Part shown: piece after piece, positions 48,058 through 60,500 of the stretch | Position numbering within the stretch: position 1 is the stretch's first letter | How the letters are laid out: every line of letters begins with the position of its first letter | Assembly: GCA_028534125.1 (NCBI GenBank) | Contig: CM052816.1 | Span: 44,022,001-44,086,000 of the forward strand | DNA length: 64,000 nt | Direction: 5' to 3' | Source: Lama glama | Taxonomy: Eukaryota | Position numbers and translations under genes: made by a program | Notes under the pieces: model-generated | The model's database searches: none | What the model was told of the DNA's origin: nothing | Seen by the model: the letters and a program-made list of their open reading frames with translations, nothing else

Positions 48058-51000
48058 CATTTTTCTTTTTCTTCTGTCTTTTTATTGAGATAAAAATCAC
48101 GTAACATGAAATCCACTGTGGCTTTTAGTATATTTGCACTGTTTGTTATCATCACCACTGTCTAATCACTACCACCCCTAAAAGATAGGCTGTATCTGTT
48201 AACAGTGCCTTCTAGTTCCTGCTCCTCTTACCCCCAGGCAAACATTAATCTGCTTTCTGTCCCTGTGGAGTTGTCTATTCTGGACATTTCATATAAGTAG
48301 AATCATACAAAGGGTAGTCTTTTGTGACTGGCTTCTTTCCCTTAGCATAATATTTTAAAATTTCTTCGACATTGTAACATGTAACATGTAACTTCATTCC
48401 TTTTAATTGCCAAATAATATTTCATTGTATGGATATACCACATTTGTTTATTCATTAATCAGTTGATGGACATTTGGATTGGTTTCATTTTGGGATATTA
48501 TGAATACCCCGATTATAAACATTTGTATACAGGTTTTTGTGTGAACACATTTTCAGTTCTCTTGTGTGTATACCTAAAGGTGGAATAGCTGTGACATGGT
48601 ATCTCTATTTTTAACCTTCTGAGAAAGTACTAAACTGTTTTTAACACCTGCATTATTTTATATTCCCACCAGCAATATACAATTCCAAGTTTTCTACATC
48701 CTTGCCCACGCTCATTATATTTTCTCTGTTTTTTGATGGACATCCCTGTGGTGTGAAGTGATATCTTACTGTGGTTCTGATTTAACATTTTTCTAATGAT
48801 CTATGATGTCAAGCATCTTATTTTATTTTTATTTGCCATTTGTATATCTTTATTAGACAAATATCTATTCAAGTCCTTTGCTCATCTTGTAATTGGGTAA
48901 TTTCATTTTTGTTATAAATTATTTTTATATTCTGTACTAGATGCTTATCAGATATATGATTTGCAAATTTTTTAAATCAATTCTGTGGTTGTCTGTTTTA
49001 TTGTTAGTGTCTTCTGAAACACAGTGTTTTTGTGTTTAGATAATTCCAATTTATCTATTTTTTCATTTGTAGCTTTTGCTTTTGGTGTTGTATCTAAGAA
49101 ATCTTTGACAAATCCAAGATCATGTGAATTTACACCTATGAATTCTTCTAAGATTTTTATGATATTCACTCTCACATTTTTGTATGTTATCCTTTCTGAG
49201 TTAATTTTGATGTATCGTGTGAGGAGTCCAAACTCATTCTTTTGCATGTGGATATCCAAGTTTCCCAAAACTATTTTTTGAAAATATTATGATCCCCTCC
49301 ACTGAATACTCTTGGTTAAACTTTTGTCAAAAATCAACTGACCATAGATAAATGGATTTATTTCTCAACTCTCAGGCTTTTTTTCCCCTTGATCCTTACA
49401 TCTTGCCTTGTGCCAGTAAGACATTGTATTGATTATTATAGGTTTGTAGTAAGTTTTAAAATAGGGAAATGCAAGTCCTCCAACTTTACTCTTCTTTTTC
49501 AAGATTGTTGTTATCTGGAGTCCCTTACATTTTATTATAAACTTAAGAATGAGTTTGTCTTTTGATAGGTATTGCATTGAATCTATGCACCAAGTGGGGA
49601 CTATTGCCATCTTAATGACATTAAGTCTTCTAATCCATTGACAAAGGATATCTTTCCACTTATTTAAATCTTCTTTAAATTATTTAAATATGTCTTCTAG
49701 TTTTCAGCATTCCAGCTTTGCACGTCTTTGGTTAATTTTTTTTCCTAAATATATTATTCCTTTTGCTGCTATTGAAAATAAAATTATTTTCTTAATTTCA
49801 TTTTCATACTGTTCATGGAAAACATATAGAAATACAATTGAATTTTTATATATTAATATTGTACCCTGTAACTTTCCTGAACTCATTTATGAGTTCTGAT
49901 TATGTGTGTATTCTTTAGTGTTTATATATATAAGATCATGCCATCTGCAAATAGGTAGTTTTACTTCTTCCTTTCCAGTCTGGATGATTTTATTTCTTTT
50001 TCTTGCCTAAATGCCCTGGCTAGAAATCCTATACAGTGTTCAGTCAAAAATAAAAAGATATTCTTGCCTGTATCCTGATCTTAGAAAGTTTTCAGTCTCT
50101 CAGCATTAAGTATGATGTTAACTGGATTTTTTCAGAAATGTCCTCTATCAGGTTGAGGATGTTTCCTTCCATTCCTAGTTTGTTGAGTATTTTAATTATG
50201 AAAGTTGAATTTTGTCAAATGCTTTTTCTGTGTCTATTGAGATGATCGTGTGATTTTTGTTCTTTATTAGTATGATATATGACATTGATTGATCTTAATA
50301 TGCTCAACAAATCATACATTCTTGAAATACATCCCACTTGGTAATGGTATATCATCCTTTTTGCATACTGCTGAATTCCATTTGTTAGTATTTTATCTAT
50401 ATTCATAAAAATGTTGAGTTGTAATTTTCTTTTCTTGTGATGTCTTTGTCTGACTTCAGAGTTAGCGTAACACTGGCCTCATAGAATGAATTAAAAACAT
50501 TCCTTTCCTTTCTATTTTTTGTAGAAATTTGAAAAGGATTGGTATCAATTCTTTTTAGTCATTCAGTATAATACTCCAGTGATGCCATCTGGCCCTGGGC
50601 TTTTCTTTGTTAGAAGCTTTAAATTACTTCTTAGATTACTAACTCAGTCTCTTTGCATGTAATTGGTCTATCCAGATTTTCTTTTTCTTCTTGAATCAGT
50701 TTTGGTAGATTGTGTGTTTCTAAGAATTTGTACATTTCATCCAGATAACCTAATTTGTTGAAATACAATTATTCATAGTATCCTCTCTTTTTTCTTCATC
50801 GGAGTATTTATGTTTATCTATTTGTTTTTATTGATTTCCCTTAATTCCCTATTTCAGTTATTTTTGCTGAAATCTTTATTTCCTTCCTTCTTGCGTTGTA
50901 TTTAGTTTTCTTTTCCATTTTCCGTAAGATGGAAGATCTATTTATAATTGTTCTCCTTTATTAAAATAGGCATTTAGATCTAGATCTAGACCTAGATTAT

Positions 51001-53150
51001 TTTTCTGTAGGACTACTTTTGCTGTATCTCACATGTTTTGCTACCTTGTGTTTTTGTTTTCATTCACCTCAAGTATCTTCCAACTTCTCTTGTGTTTCTT
51101 TACTCATTTGTTATTTAGGAGCAAACATTTTTTAATTTCCACTTATCTGTGAATTTTCCAGTTTCCCTTCTGTTATTGATTTCTAGTTTCATTCCACTGT
51201 GATTGTAGAACACAGTTTTATAATTTCCATCATCTTAAATTTATTGAAGTTTGTTCTGTGGCCTAACACATGGCCAGTCTTGGAAAGTGTTTCATGTGCT
51301 TTTGAGAAGGATGGGAATTTGGTTCTTATTAGGTAGACTGTTCTATGGATGTCTATTTCTCTATTAGGTTAAGTCTATTTGACTTGTACTGTTAGGTCTG
51401 CTAGGCATATACTATGCAGTCTATTTGGTTTATACTGTTGTTCAAGTCCTCTTTTTGATTATTGATCTGTCTAGCTCTAGCTTTTATTGAAAGTTGGATT
51501 TGAAGTGTCCAGCTGTTACTATTGATCTACTTTCCATTCAAATCTCAGTTTTTTCCTTCTTCATATATTTTGGGGTTCTGTTGCTAGGTCATATATATTT
51601 GTAATGGATACATCTTCTTAATGAATTGACCCTTATATCATTATAGAATGTCTCTATTAACAATTTTTGTCCTAAAGTTTATTTTGTCTCTTTTTGGTTA
51701 CTGTTTATATGGAATATCTTTTTCCATCCTTTTACTTTCAGCTTATTCTATTGTACCATTTTAATTTCCTTGTCACATCTTTTACTATATATTTTCACTT
51801 ATTTTTGTTGCCCTGGTGATAACAATGAATATTTTAATTTATTACAGTCTATTTCAGATTAACAATAACTCGATTTCAGTAGTATACAAAAACTTTGCTC
51901 CTATATGGCCACATTCTCCTCTCATTTTTAAGCTGTTATTGTCACAGGTTATCTATTTGTATATTTTTGTGCCCAAGAACACAGATATACAATTGCTTAC
52001 CTGTGAAGTTTTGTATTAAATCAAACAGGAAAAAAGTCTTTAAAAACAAAAATATATTGTTACATGTTTTATATTTACCAGTGTTGTTTTCTTTATAAGC
52101 GTTTTTTATTTCTTCATGTGGAGTCAAGTTATTATCTACTGTCCTATTATTTAAACCTGAAAAACTCCTCATAGGGCAAATATGTCAGCAACAACTCAAC
52201 TTCGTTTATCTGAGAATGTCTAAATTTCTGTTAATTTTGAAAGAAGTTTTGCTGGATGTAGAATATTGGTTGACCATTTTTTTCTCCCTTTTAGCACTTT
52301 GATATGTCACTCCACTGCCTTCTGACCTCTATGATTTTTGATGAGAAATTAGCTTTTAATCTTACTGAGGATTCCATGTATGTAGTGTCACATCTATTTG
52401 CTGCTTTCAAGATTCTCTTTTATTTTATTTTTTTTTCATCTGTCATCAGTTTGCTTAGGATATGTCTAGGTAGGGATATCTTTGAATGTATACTGCTTTG
52501 AATTTGTTAAATTTCTTGGATGTGTAGACTAATGTTCTTCACCCAATTTGGGAAGATACAGCCATTATGTTTTCAAATTCTCTATCTCCTTTCTATCTCC
52601 CCCCTTTTCTAAGACTTGCATTATGTGCTTTTTGTTATGCTTGATGGTGTCTCACAGATCTGTTAGACTCAGTTCATTTTTAAAAAATTCATCTTTCTCC
52701 CTGTTTCTCAAAATGCATAATTGCAGCTGATCTATCTTCAAGTTCACTGATTTTTCCTTCTGCTGACTTGAATCTGTTTCTGAGGTCCTCTAGTGAATTC
52801 TTCATTTCAGTTGTTACACTTTTTAACACTAGAAAGAAAAGAAAAAATATATATATTCATTTTTAATATTCTTTAATTGCTGAGATGTCATTCTTATACT
52901 TTAATTCTTTAGACATGATTTCCTTAAGATCTTTGAATATATTTAAAGTAGCCCATTCAAAGTCCTTGTGTAATAAATCTAGTATTTAGGCTTCCTCAGA
53001 AGTTTTTACGTCTTGCCTTTTCCTGTTATGGGCCACACTTGCCTGTTTCTTTCCATGTCTCTTAATTTTGTTGTTGTTGTTGAAAACTGAATTTTTAATA
53101 TTATTATGTGGCAATTTTGGAAATGTGATATGCCTGTGATTTTTTTTTTA
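48058..53150 (-). mobile_element. Near-full-length old L1 (L1MB/MC-like): 3' UTR, decayed ORF2 with internal deletions, ORF1 remnant
   Basis: ORF-track hits DLGFVKDFLDTTPKAKATNEKIDKL, KSKVGGLAFPYFKTYYK, SIVFLY...ENEIKK and IYHYQVGCISRM are L1 ORF2; endonuclease region near 51180-51310; ORF1 C-terminus near 52200-52280; T-rich tail at 48058-48083. Confidence 0.95.
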
Positions 53151-53519
53151 ATTGCTTGTAGTACGGTTACTCTATATAGAGAGTATTTTTGAAATAAGAC
53201 CTCAGATTTTCCCCTAAACTCTCAAAGCTCCTTCTAGCTAACATAGAAGTTACATAGAGTAAATTATTTCTAGTTATTACTGTTCTTTCAAAAGTGGCTA
53301 GATAAGGTTTAGAGGTTTTATGCCTCTGAGAAACCCATTTCTGAAGACATTCAACTTAAGGACAAGGACTCATTAAGAGGTAGAAAACAATTAAAACATA
53401 AATATTAACATGGAATGAGCTATTGGTACCCTATATAAGATGTATCATGGTTAAACATGAACTCTTAAACAAAGCTTATTATTTTGACCAATCCAGACAA
53501 TACCAAGCGAAGTTTAAAA

Positions 53520-53670
53520 ATAGGTATCATGATACAGTGAACAGAGGCATAGGAAAGGTGCAGTGAGTTTTCTCAGCTCTGGCATTGCCTAGTTAGAGGA
53601 GTTTGTTCTTTTGAACTCAATTTCCTTATTTGAGTAATGGACCCTGTTGGATCATTTCTAATATTCTATA
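53520..53670 (+). mobile_element. MIR-family SINE
   Basis: catgatacagtgaacagaggcatagg...cagctctggcattgcctag...ctcaatttccttatttg...tctaatattctata. Confidence 0.6.
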
Positions 53671-55394
53671 ATATAAATCCACAAATTCCTAAATTACCCA
53701 GTGTGCTTTATTTGCCAAATTGTGTGACTATTAAAATAAGGTTCTCATGCCTCTTCTTTTTTCTCTCATGCCTACATTTCTAACTCTGAAGATCAATTAA
53801 AGCTGCCTATTTTTTAAGAGTTTTCCTCTAAATATCATATTTATTATGTCCCCTTCCCATATATATGGCATGTCTTATTCTTCTCACTGTGATGGTTCAG
53901 CAATGAAGGAGGATCACTCTTAAATGATAAGAAGTTTTAAATGATCAACCTAGTAGTTATCAGGGATACTAAAAAGCCTATTATACAATAGATGTCTTTA
54001 AAGTGGGCAAAGCAGCAAGATCTGTGAAGCTGATATCTGGAGCCCTGGCAAGACCCTGTCCAAACCCATTACTACCAGCCTGCATCCTCTTTATTTTGTC
54101 TCTATATCCTGTGAAGGTAATTTGCCAAGATGTTATTTGAGTAAAAGGATAAAAATGAAGATGGTATCTACTCTGATTTCTCTGTCAAATGTTACTGGAG
54201 GCAGGAAAACACATTCTCATATGTCTCTACCTGCATTCCAGCAGGTTACATCTTTACTTATCTTCCTAGCTCCATCCCCTGCTGTCTGGATCTGGTAGAT
54301 TAAGAGAGCAAAACATGGGTACAGGCTATAAAATGGTGGAGTAATTGAGTCAAAATTTTTTAATTTAGTCTTCTTTTCTCTCCCATCATCATGGCTTATG
54401 ATCGTAAGACCTTACTTCATAAACTAGTGAAGACCATGAGAAGCTGGTAAATGTCCCATTTCTATAGATTTTCAGAAGGTAGAATTCCAAATTGATTTTT
54501 AATTTTCCTTTTTTTGTGTGTTTCATCCTTTAAAATGGAAATGGAAAGAGAGCTCTACCCTATATTCCATAAGAAAAACAATTCATGGGAACATCAGTTC
54601 TACAAAGGTGCCAACCATCATTTTCGTGATCTCTTCAATGAATGTTCTTTCCATTAACACTGATAGTTCAGTGTTCCGCTGTCACAAAGCAGCATAAATA
54701 ATTCTGATGATGATTCTACTGAGAAATCCTCCAGAGTACAAGAGTAAAACCTAGTTATTTTAGCAAAACTTTCTGGGTAACACACATGCCCTGAGCATAT
54801 AGTTGGTAAACTAATCAGAATCTGTACTTTTCTTTCCAAATATTTAAAATGCTCATGAGTTGTGTATTTACTTTTTTAAAGAAATTTCTGTCTTGGTGAA
54901 ATAAAAAAAAACAATGGCAACCTAGAACACCTTGTAATTCATTATGCAAAACATTTTCATTAAAATGTTATGATGGTTTCTGTGTAATAAGAGTCCATGT
55001 GCAAGTCCCACCACTCCTGCATCATGGCTCCAACATGAAGCATTGAAGTGACGTCTTTAATATTTGACCTAAGGACAAGGGCAAGGCATATGAAAAGTGT
55101 CATCTCTTAACATACATTTAGTATATTTTTGTAGGCTAAGTTACTTGTACAGATAACTTACTGCGATGTATTAAGTTCATTTTATTTTTTATTTTTTAAC
55201 AGAAAATCTTGAGGGTCAATTAGTTTCCAGAGTCTATATAAATTCTTGTTACTGATGGATGTGGCTGTACTCATGACATAAGACTTGAGAGGGCTTTTGA
55301 AAAAGTTCATGGAGTTGGCAAAACCTCTGCCCCACGATTGAATTAAATCAAAAGTTGATGTGCTCCTACACGCTAGTAATGATAGCAAGGGCTT

Positions 55395-55520
55395 AGTGTG
55401 AGCCTTTCAAAATGGACATAAGTGTTAATCCTGCAGACAGGGCGAAAAGCCTGCAGAACTCTTTTTAGTACATAGTGTGGTGCTTTGTACACAATGGACA
55501 TTAACTGAATATTGTGGTTA
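55395..55520 (+). mobile_element. LINE-2 3' end (degraded)
   Basis: tagtgtgagcctttc...tagtgtggtgctttgtacacaatggacattaactgaatattgt. Confidence 0.5.
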
Positions 55521-55789
55521 ACTACAAAAGAAATTGAGGTATAGAAAAATACTGCTAGGCAAACAATTTTTTAAAATTTCCTTAGCCACTAAGAAACAAA
55601 CAAAAATCTCCATCTCCCTTGCTGTGCTAGTTTTTATAATAGTGCTTTCATATTTTTTAAAGATAGAATCCCATTAAAAATCTGTATTTGAGGAGCAAAG
55701 AAAGGAAAAAAAACATGCAAAATTCCTAGAATACAAATAACTAAAGTAGTTTGGGGAAAGTGTAGTATTCAGACAAGATGGCTGGGTGA

Positions 55790-56190
55790 GAAGAGGGCAA
55801 GGGTTGGAATATTTTTCGAGAATGATAAAGTCCTTTTTAGTGTCAACTTATGTCAAGGTCAAGTCAGAGAGTGACTGAAAGTTATCCATGTGCAGCACTG
55901 GAGGCAAGAATTTTGATAGAGGGATAGAAGTGACAAGAGAGAAGAGAAGGAGGACTCAGTATATGTGGAATGTCAGCAAGTTGAAGGAGTTGATTCTCAG
56001 TGGTTTCTGTTTTCCCTGCTGAAGGGAGAAAAGGCTATTTCCTGGGAGTGAGGGATTGGGGTTAGGGTAAATGTTTTGGAGAGATGGGACTGAGTTTGAA
56101 ATCATTGCTTTGAAGAATTGGTGAGAGAGCTGGCCAGGCAGCCCAGTGGATCTCATTGTGGTTGCAGACCACGACCGCAGAGGGTCATAA
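55790..56190 (-). mobile_element. LINE-2 internal fragment
   Basis: ggagttgattctcagtggtttctgttttccctgctgaagggagaaaagg...ctggccaggcagcccagtgga. Confidence 0.6.
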
Positions 56191-58829
56191 ATGTTTTAGT
56201 GGAAAACCAGGAACTGATGTGAATTTTCCTCTTATACTCTGGGTTTCTTTGGAAGATAAGGACTATATCTTAGGTTTCCAATGTCAGCAGATAACATAAT
56301 GCCTGAATTCTCTCTAATGATCTACAATTATTTACTGTATAATGGATTGCTGACCTATGTCATAAGATGTCTGCAGCAACTGTTGACTCATTCATGAACA
56401 TTAACAGGTAAACAAGCTTCCTTGTTTTCAGACTTTGCCAATTGTGTCCCCAGACTCTCACATGAGAGTTCTCTCTTCTTATCTCTCTTTCTCTGTGCTC
56501 AGGATTTTCCCAGTCAAGTGATGATGATCATACAGTACTAATCACCCACCAAATTTAGGAATTGCCAAATCTTTTCAATGGAGATTCTTGGTATCATGAC
56601 TATATTTGGGAAAAACTCAAAAAAAGAGAACAGCCTACTTGTATAATGAAATGGTTTTCTCCATTCTCATTTCCAAGCTTTTTAACATCATAACAATATA
56701 CTATTTCTTACTGGTAAGCAATTAGATTCAGTTTCAATTCATAAAATCAGTATCTTTAGGTCTAGATTTAGTGTTAGAACTCTGTAACTGGTGTTAACCA
56801 AATGGAAGAGCATCCTGTTTTCTTTGTACCATAAAACTCTAGAGTTAATTCACCGTTAAAACTTGAATCAAAACTCTAAACTGGTTCAGTGAAAGACATC
56901 CAATGATCAGGAACGTTGTCTCTCATTGTCTCTGTTTTCTTAATGCTTTGTGATGACTTTTGTTCCCATGTGTATGGTTAAAAGTAAGCAATGATGATTA
57001 TAAAAAAGAAAGAAAGAAAGAGTCTGGGCTTGTATTCTACATAGACTAGTATGAAGGGATCAACTTAAATGCTTGATGGCCAATCTTAGCCATGTCATAG
57101 GACAGCTGGAACAAGGTGTATTTCACATCAATTCAAAATAATTTCTCTGCTTTTCCATTCAGTTTAGCTATTTAAAGAAGCGGACAGACTGGGACTAGGG
57201 AAGACCACATAGCAGATGGCTTTTAAAATGAGACTATATGGGATGTATAAGAACATCAGGCCTTCATTCTAAATTGTGCAGACACTAGTCTTTACTTAAA
57301 AAGTATGCCAGAAAAAAATTGCCCGATCACAGCTATGGTTTAAGATCTTTAACTCTTCTCTATGATTAGGGGTAAAATGGCTTTAGTGTTTTTTTTTTTT
57401 TAATAAATTCTGTTTTTTTCTGTGAAGATCACGCCTTCCTAAGCGGCACCAACTTCAAATATTCTGCTGGCAGTGTCTGCACAAGAGGCTGCTAGGCTTC
57501 AGTCTGCACAGGCTCTGGGATTCTACAGGGTCTAGAATCCTATGGTGCATGTCTATTCATTTCAAATAGTTTTCAAAAATAGAAAAAAACCACGAGAGGA
57601 TGAATGCTTAATATTAAATGAAAGGGATCTCGTGCTGCAAAGCACACATTCTAGCTCTGTTGTAGAGAATCATAATTTTGAGGTTGAAATTTATATTCTT
57701 AATGTAATTTCAAAGTGGAACATAGCTTTTAAAACAGTAAAACAATAAAGGTGGCCATGCATAGCCTACAGATATCGCTGTGCTGATAATGCCTGCACCG
57801 AAGGTGTCAGAGTTCTCCATGCACAGGTTACTTTTAAAGCCAGTCAGGATACCAAGACAAGTATTAAAACACTTGAACCATACTCTGAGAAAATAAGGAG
57901 CAAGAGAGTAAGGTAGCTGTGAGTTTTGCATCAACACCTCTAATATTGAGACTTAAATTCTCATTTTGTTTCTACCTAGGTTCTCCAGGCACTCTGTAAT
58001 ATTAATTACATCTTACAATTCAAGGATATCATTAAGAATAAGTGAAATCCACATTTATATTATTTTTAATTTGCATTTGTTCTTATATATCTTTAAGGCT
58101 TGAATGATAAGAAAAGGTAAAAAATCAAAGAGTCAGACAAAGATTTCCTTATGAATCACAATGATGAACATGGAATATATACTTAGTAGTACCCTGAACC
58201 CATTTAATAGAATTTGGTGCTTATAACTCATTGTGTTTTACTTTCCAACCTGTAAGATACAAGGCCATTAGTGGATTTCTAGTTTCAAAAGAGGCATCTT
58301 TAGTTAGAAAATGCGAATGCAAATTCTAGTAACCAGTCCTCCAGCAAAATACTTGCCCTACAAGTGAGAAGTGGTTTTGGAAATTAATTACATCAACTTG
58401 CATTTTCCTTACTTAGGTAATTATTTTCAAATGCATTAATTTCCAGTTTAGGTTATTAAGTATATGACAAATCTGAATATCCATTTTGCATTTTATCCCA
58501 TGTTTTAACATTTTTATCCAACTTGACAAAGAGACAGATGTAGAATACTTTTGTTTTAGGATCAATGACACCATATTGATGAATGAAAATGACATTGCAC
58601 CTTATTATTATCATTAATAAAACCATTCCTTTAGTGGGAAACTTCTATCATTTTTTTAAAAAGCTCATGGTTTTCATTACCAGTATATGTCATATGTTCC
58701 TTTCAGGAAACAACAAATACATTTTTAAAAAAAGAAAGAAAGAAAAAAAGAAAGAGAAATAGTTTACACTGTAACTTTTATCATTGTCTTCTGCCTCCCC
58801 TCCCCCTTGGCAAAAATAACAAAATTATT

Positions 58830-60500
58830 TGAACTTGCTGGAGTTTGCTGTGATTAATTGCCTTTCTGGAGTGTGTGCCGCACTTCATTTTATGATTAAG
58901 ATTTCTGACTCAAGAAATTGTCAGCAAAAGACAATATATCAAAGTTTAAACATCAGTCATAAAACAGTACAGGAGATAGGCTGTGACTACTTAGAACCAA
59001 GAGCATTTTATTGAAAAAGGCTTGTTTTCTTTGGCAGCCTTCCATGACCTCCTACTGTTGACAAAACTAGCAGCCTGTCCCGTTTGAAGTGTAACTGCGC
59101 AGAAGCCGCCGCTTCAGAGCACTTACACGATTGATCTCTAAATTAATATTTTCATCGGACGCACTCACAATGTACCTTGCATAATCTTTAAATTCTAGGA
59201 AAATGCTAGAAGGGTGTGCTGCAAGTCATAGTCTGAAGTCAGGGTGGAGATTTATGACTCTCTCAAGTCGACATTTGCGACTGACCTGCAGCACACCAGG
59301 GCTGCTGTTTCCCTTTCCTGATTCATGATAAGTGCAGCTGCCTCCAAATAAGCCCCCCGAGCCCATTAATGCTTAGTCCATTCCCTTATGGCAAATACGC
59401 TCATCTCCAGCCTCACTTTTGAATGTTTAGCTGTGATGAAGTTGAATAGAAAATCCGGTCGCCTTTGCTGACTTGAAACCCTCTGCCAAGTGCCTTGCCA
59501 CCCAAGGGTGGGTGCCCCGAAGTCCATTTCACCTCTGGCTCTAATTAAGGTGATGCTTTCTGGTAGAGTTTACTCACAAAATAAATCGCAAAATCGTTTT
59601 CCCCCTGCAAACTGGGTTTTAAGGTCCTGGACTCCGACGCCTTCCGGTTGTTCGCTGCCAGCACCGTAGCTAATTAACAAAATTGCATAAAGATTGATAT
59701 GAAGGTAAATATTAAAGGCACAAAAGGGAAGGGAAAGCAAATTATTTCAAATGTCAGAAAAGCCAAGGCATTCATCTTCCCTGCCGTCATTTGTTTTTCA
59801 TTAATAAAATATACATTGTTTTCCGCTCGGAAAAGTTATTAGTGGCAACACAGCCTGCGTGAAGCTTTGTCTCTTCCGAAATGAGGTCTTTGTTTAGACC
59901 TCGGTGATGGAGGTTTTGTGCCATTGTCTAATCTGTCAGATTAGATGAGCAAGTGTATTTAGAGGTGCAAAGATGTGCAGCCACACCTGCTGTGCAAAGC
60001 TGTGAATTCACAACTCTTCTGACTATTAAAATGTGTTATGCTGGGAGCTCTTTTGTTGTAATGGAACTGTTGGTGGTTGCGTGTTTGAAGTGGCGCAAGT
60101 GTCAGGCCTTATTACAATCATAATAATCACTCCAAAAATAACTGCATATTTTGACCATTTAATGTTAATGTGCAGCAAATTAAAGGCTAAGCACCTAATA
60201 GATTTGGAGATGTTAAATTGATTTTTGCACTCACATTTTTCTGAGCAAAAACAAAAGTCCATTAATGCAATAATATTCACGGTCCAGAAAAAACTATTGT
60301 CATCTGAAGAAGAGTTCTGACATAATACAGGGAGCAAACAAAGGATACGCAACAAAATATGAAGCCAGTGTTGTGACAATAAAATTATTGTCAGGAGAAT
60401 GATATTAAATGTGACCCTTAAAGAATGCTAATTATCATTTCTTTATTTGTGGGTGTTTGTGCTTTTCATATGAGCATGCCATGATATTTTATTCCCTCAG
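58830..60500. promoter_or_regulatory. Candidate deeply conserved developmental enhancer cluster
   Basis: 27 CpGs in 59041-59910 versus about 6 in 1-2000; many TAAT/TAATTA, TGACA(G) and ACAAT/ATTGT motifs; several perfect palindromes; inside a 7.6-kb tract with no recognisable repeat. Confidence 0.6.

Noticed and set aside
48972..52730. ORFs with protein-like sequence
   Set aside because: Fragments or antisense readings of a frameshifted, internally deleted old L1, not an active element.
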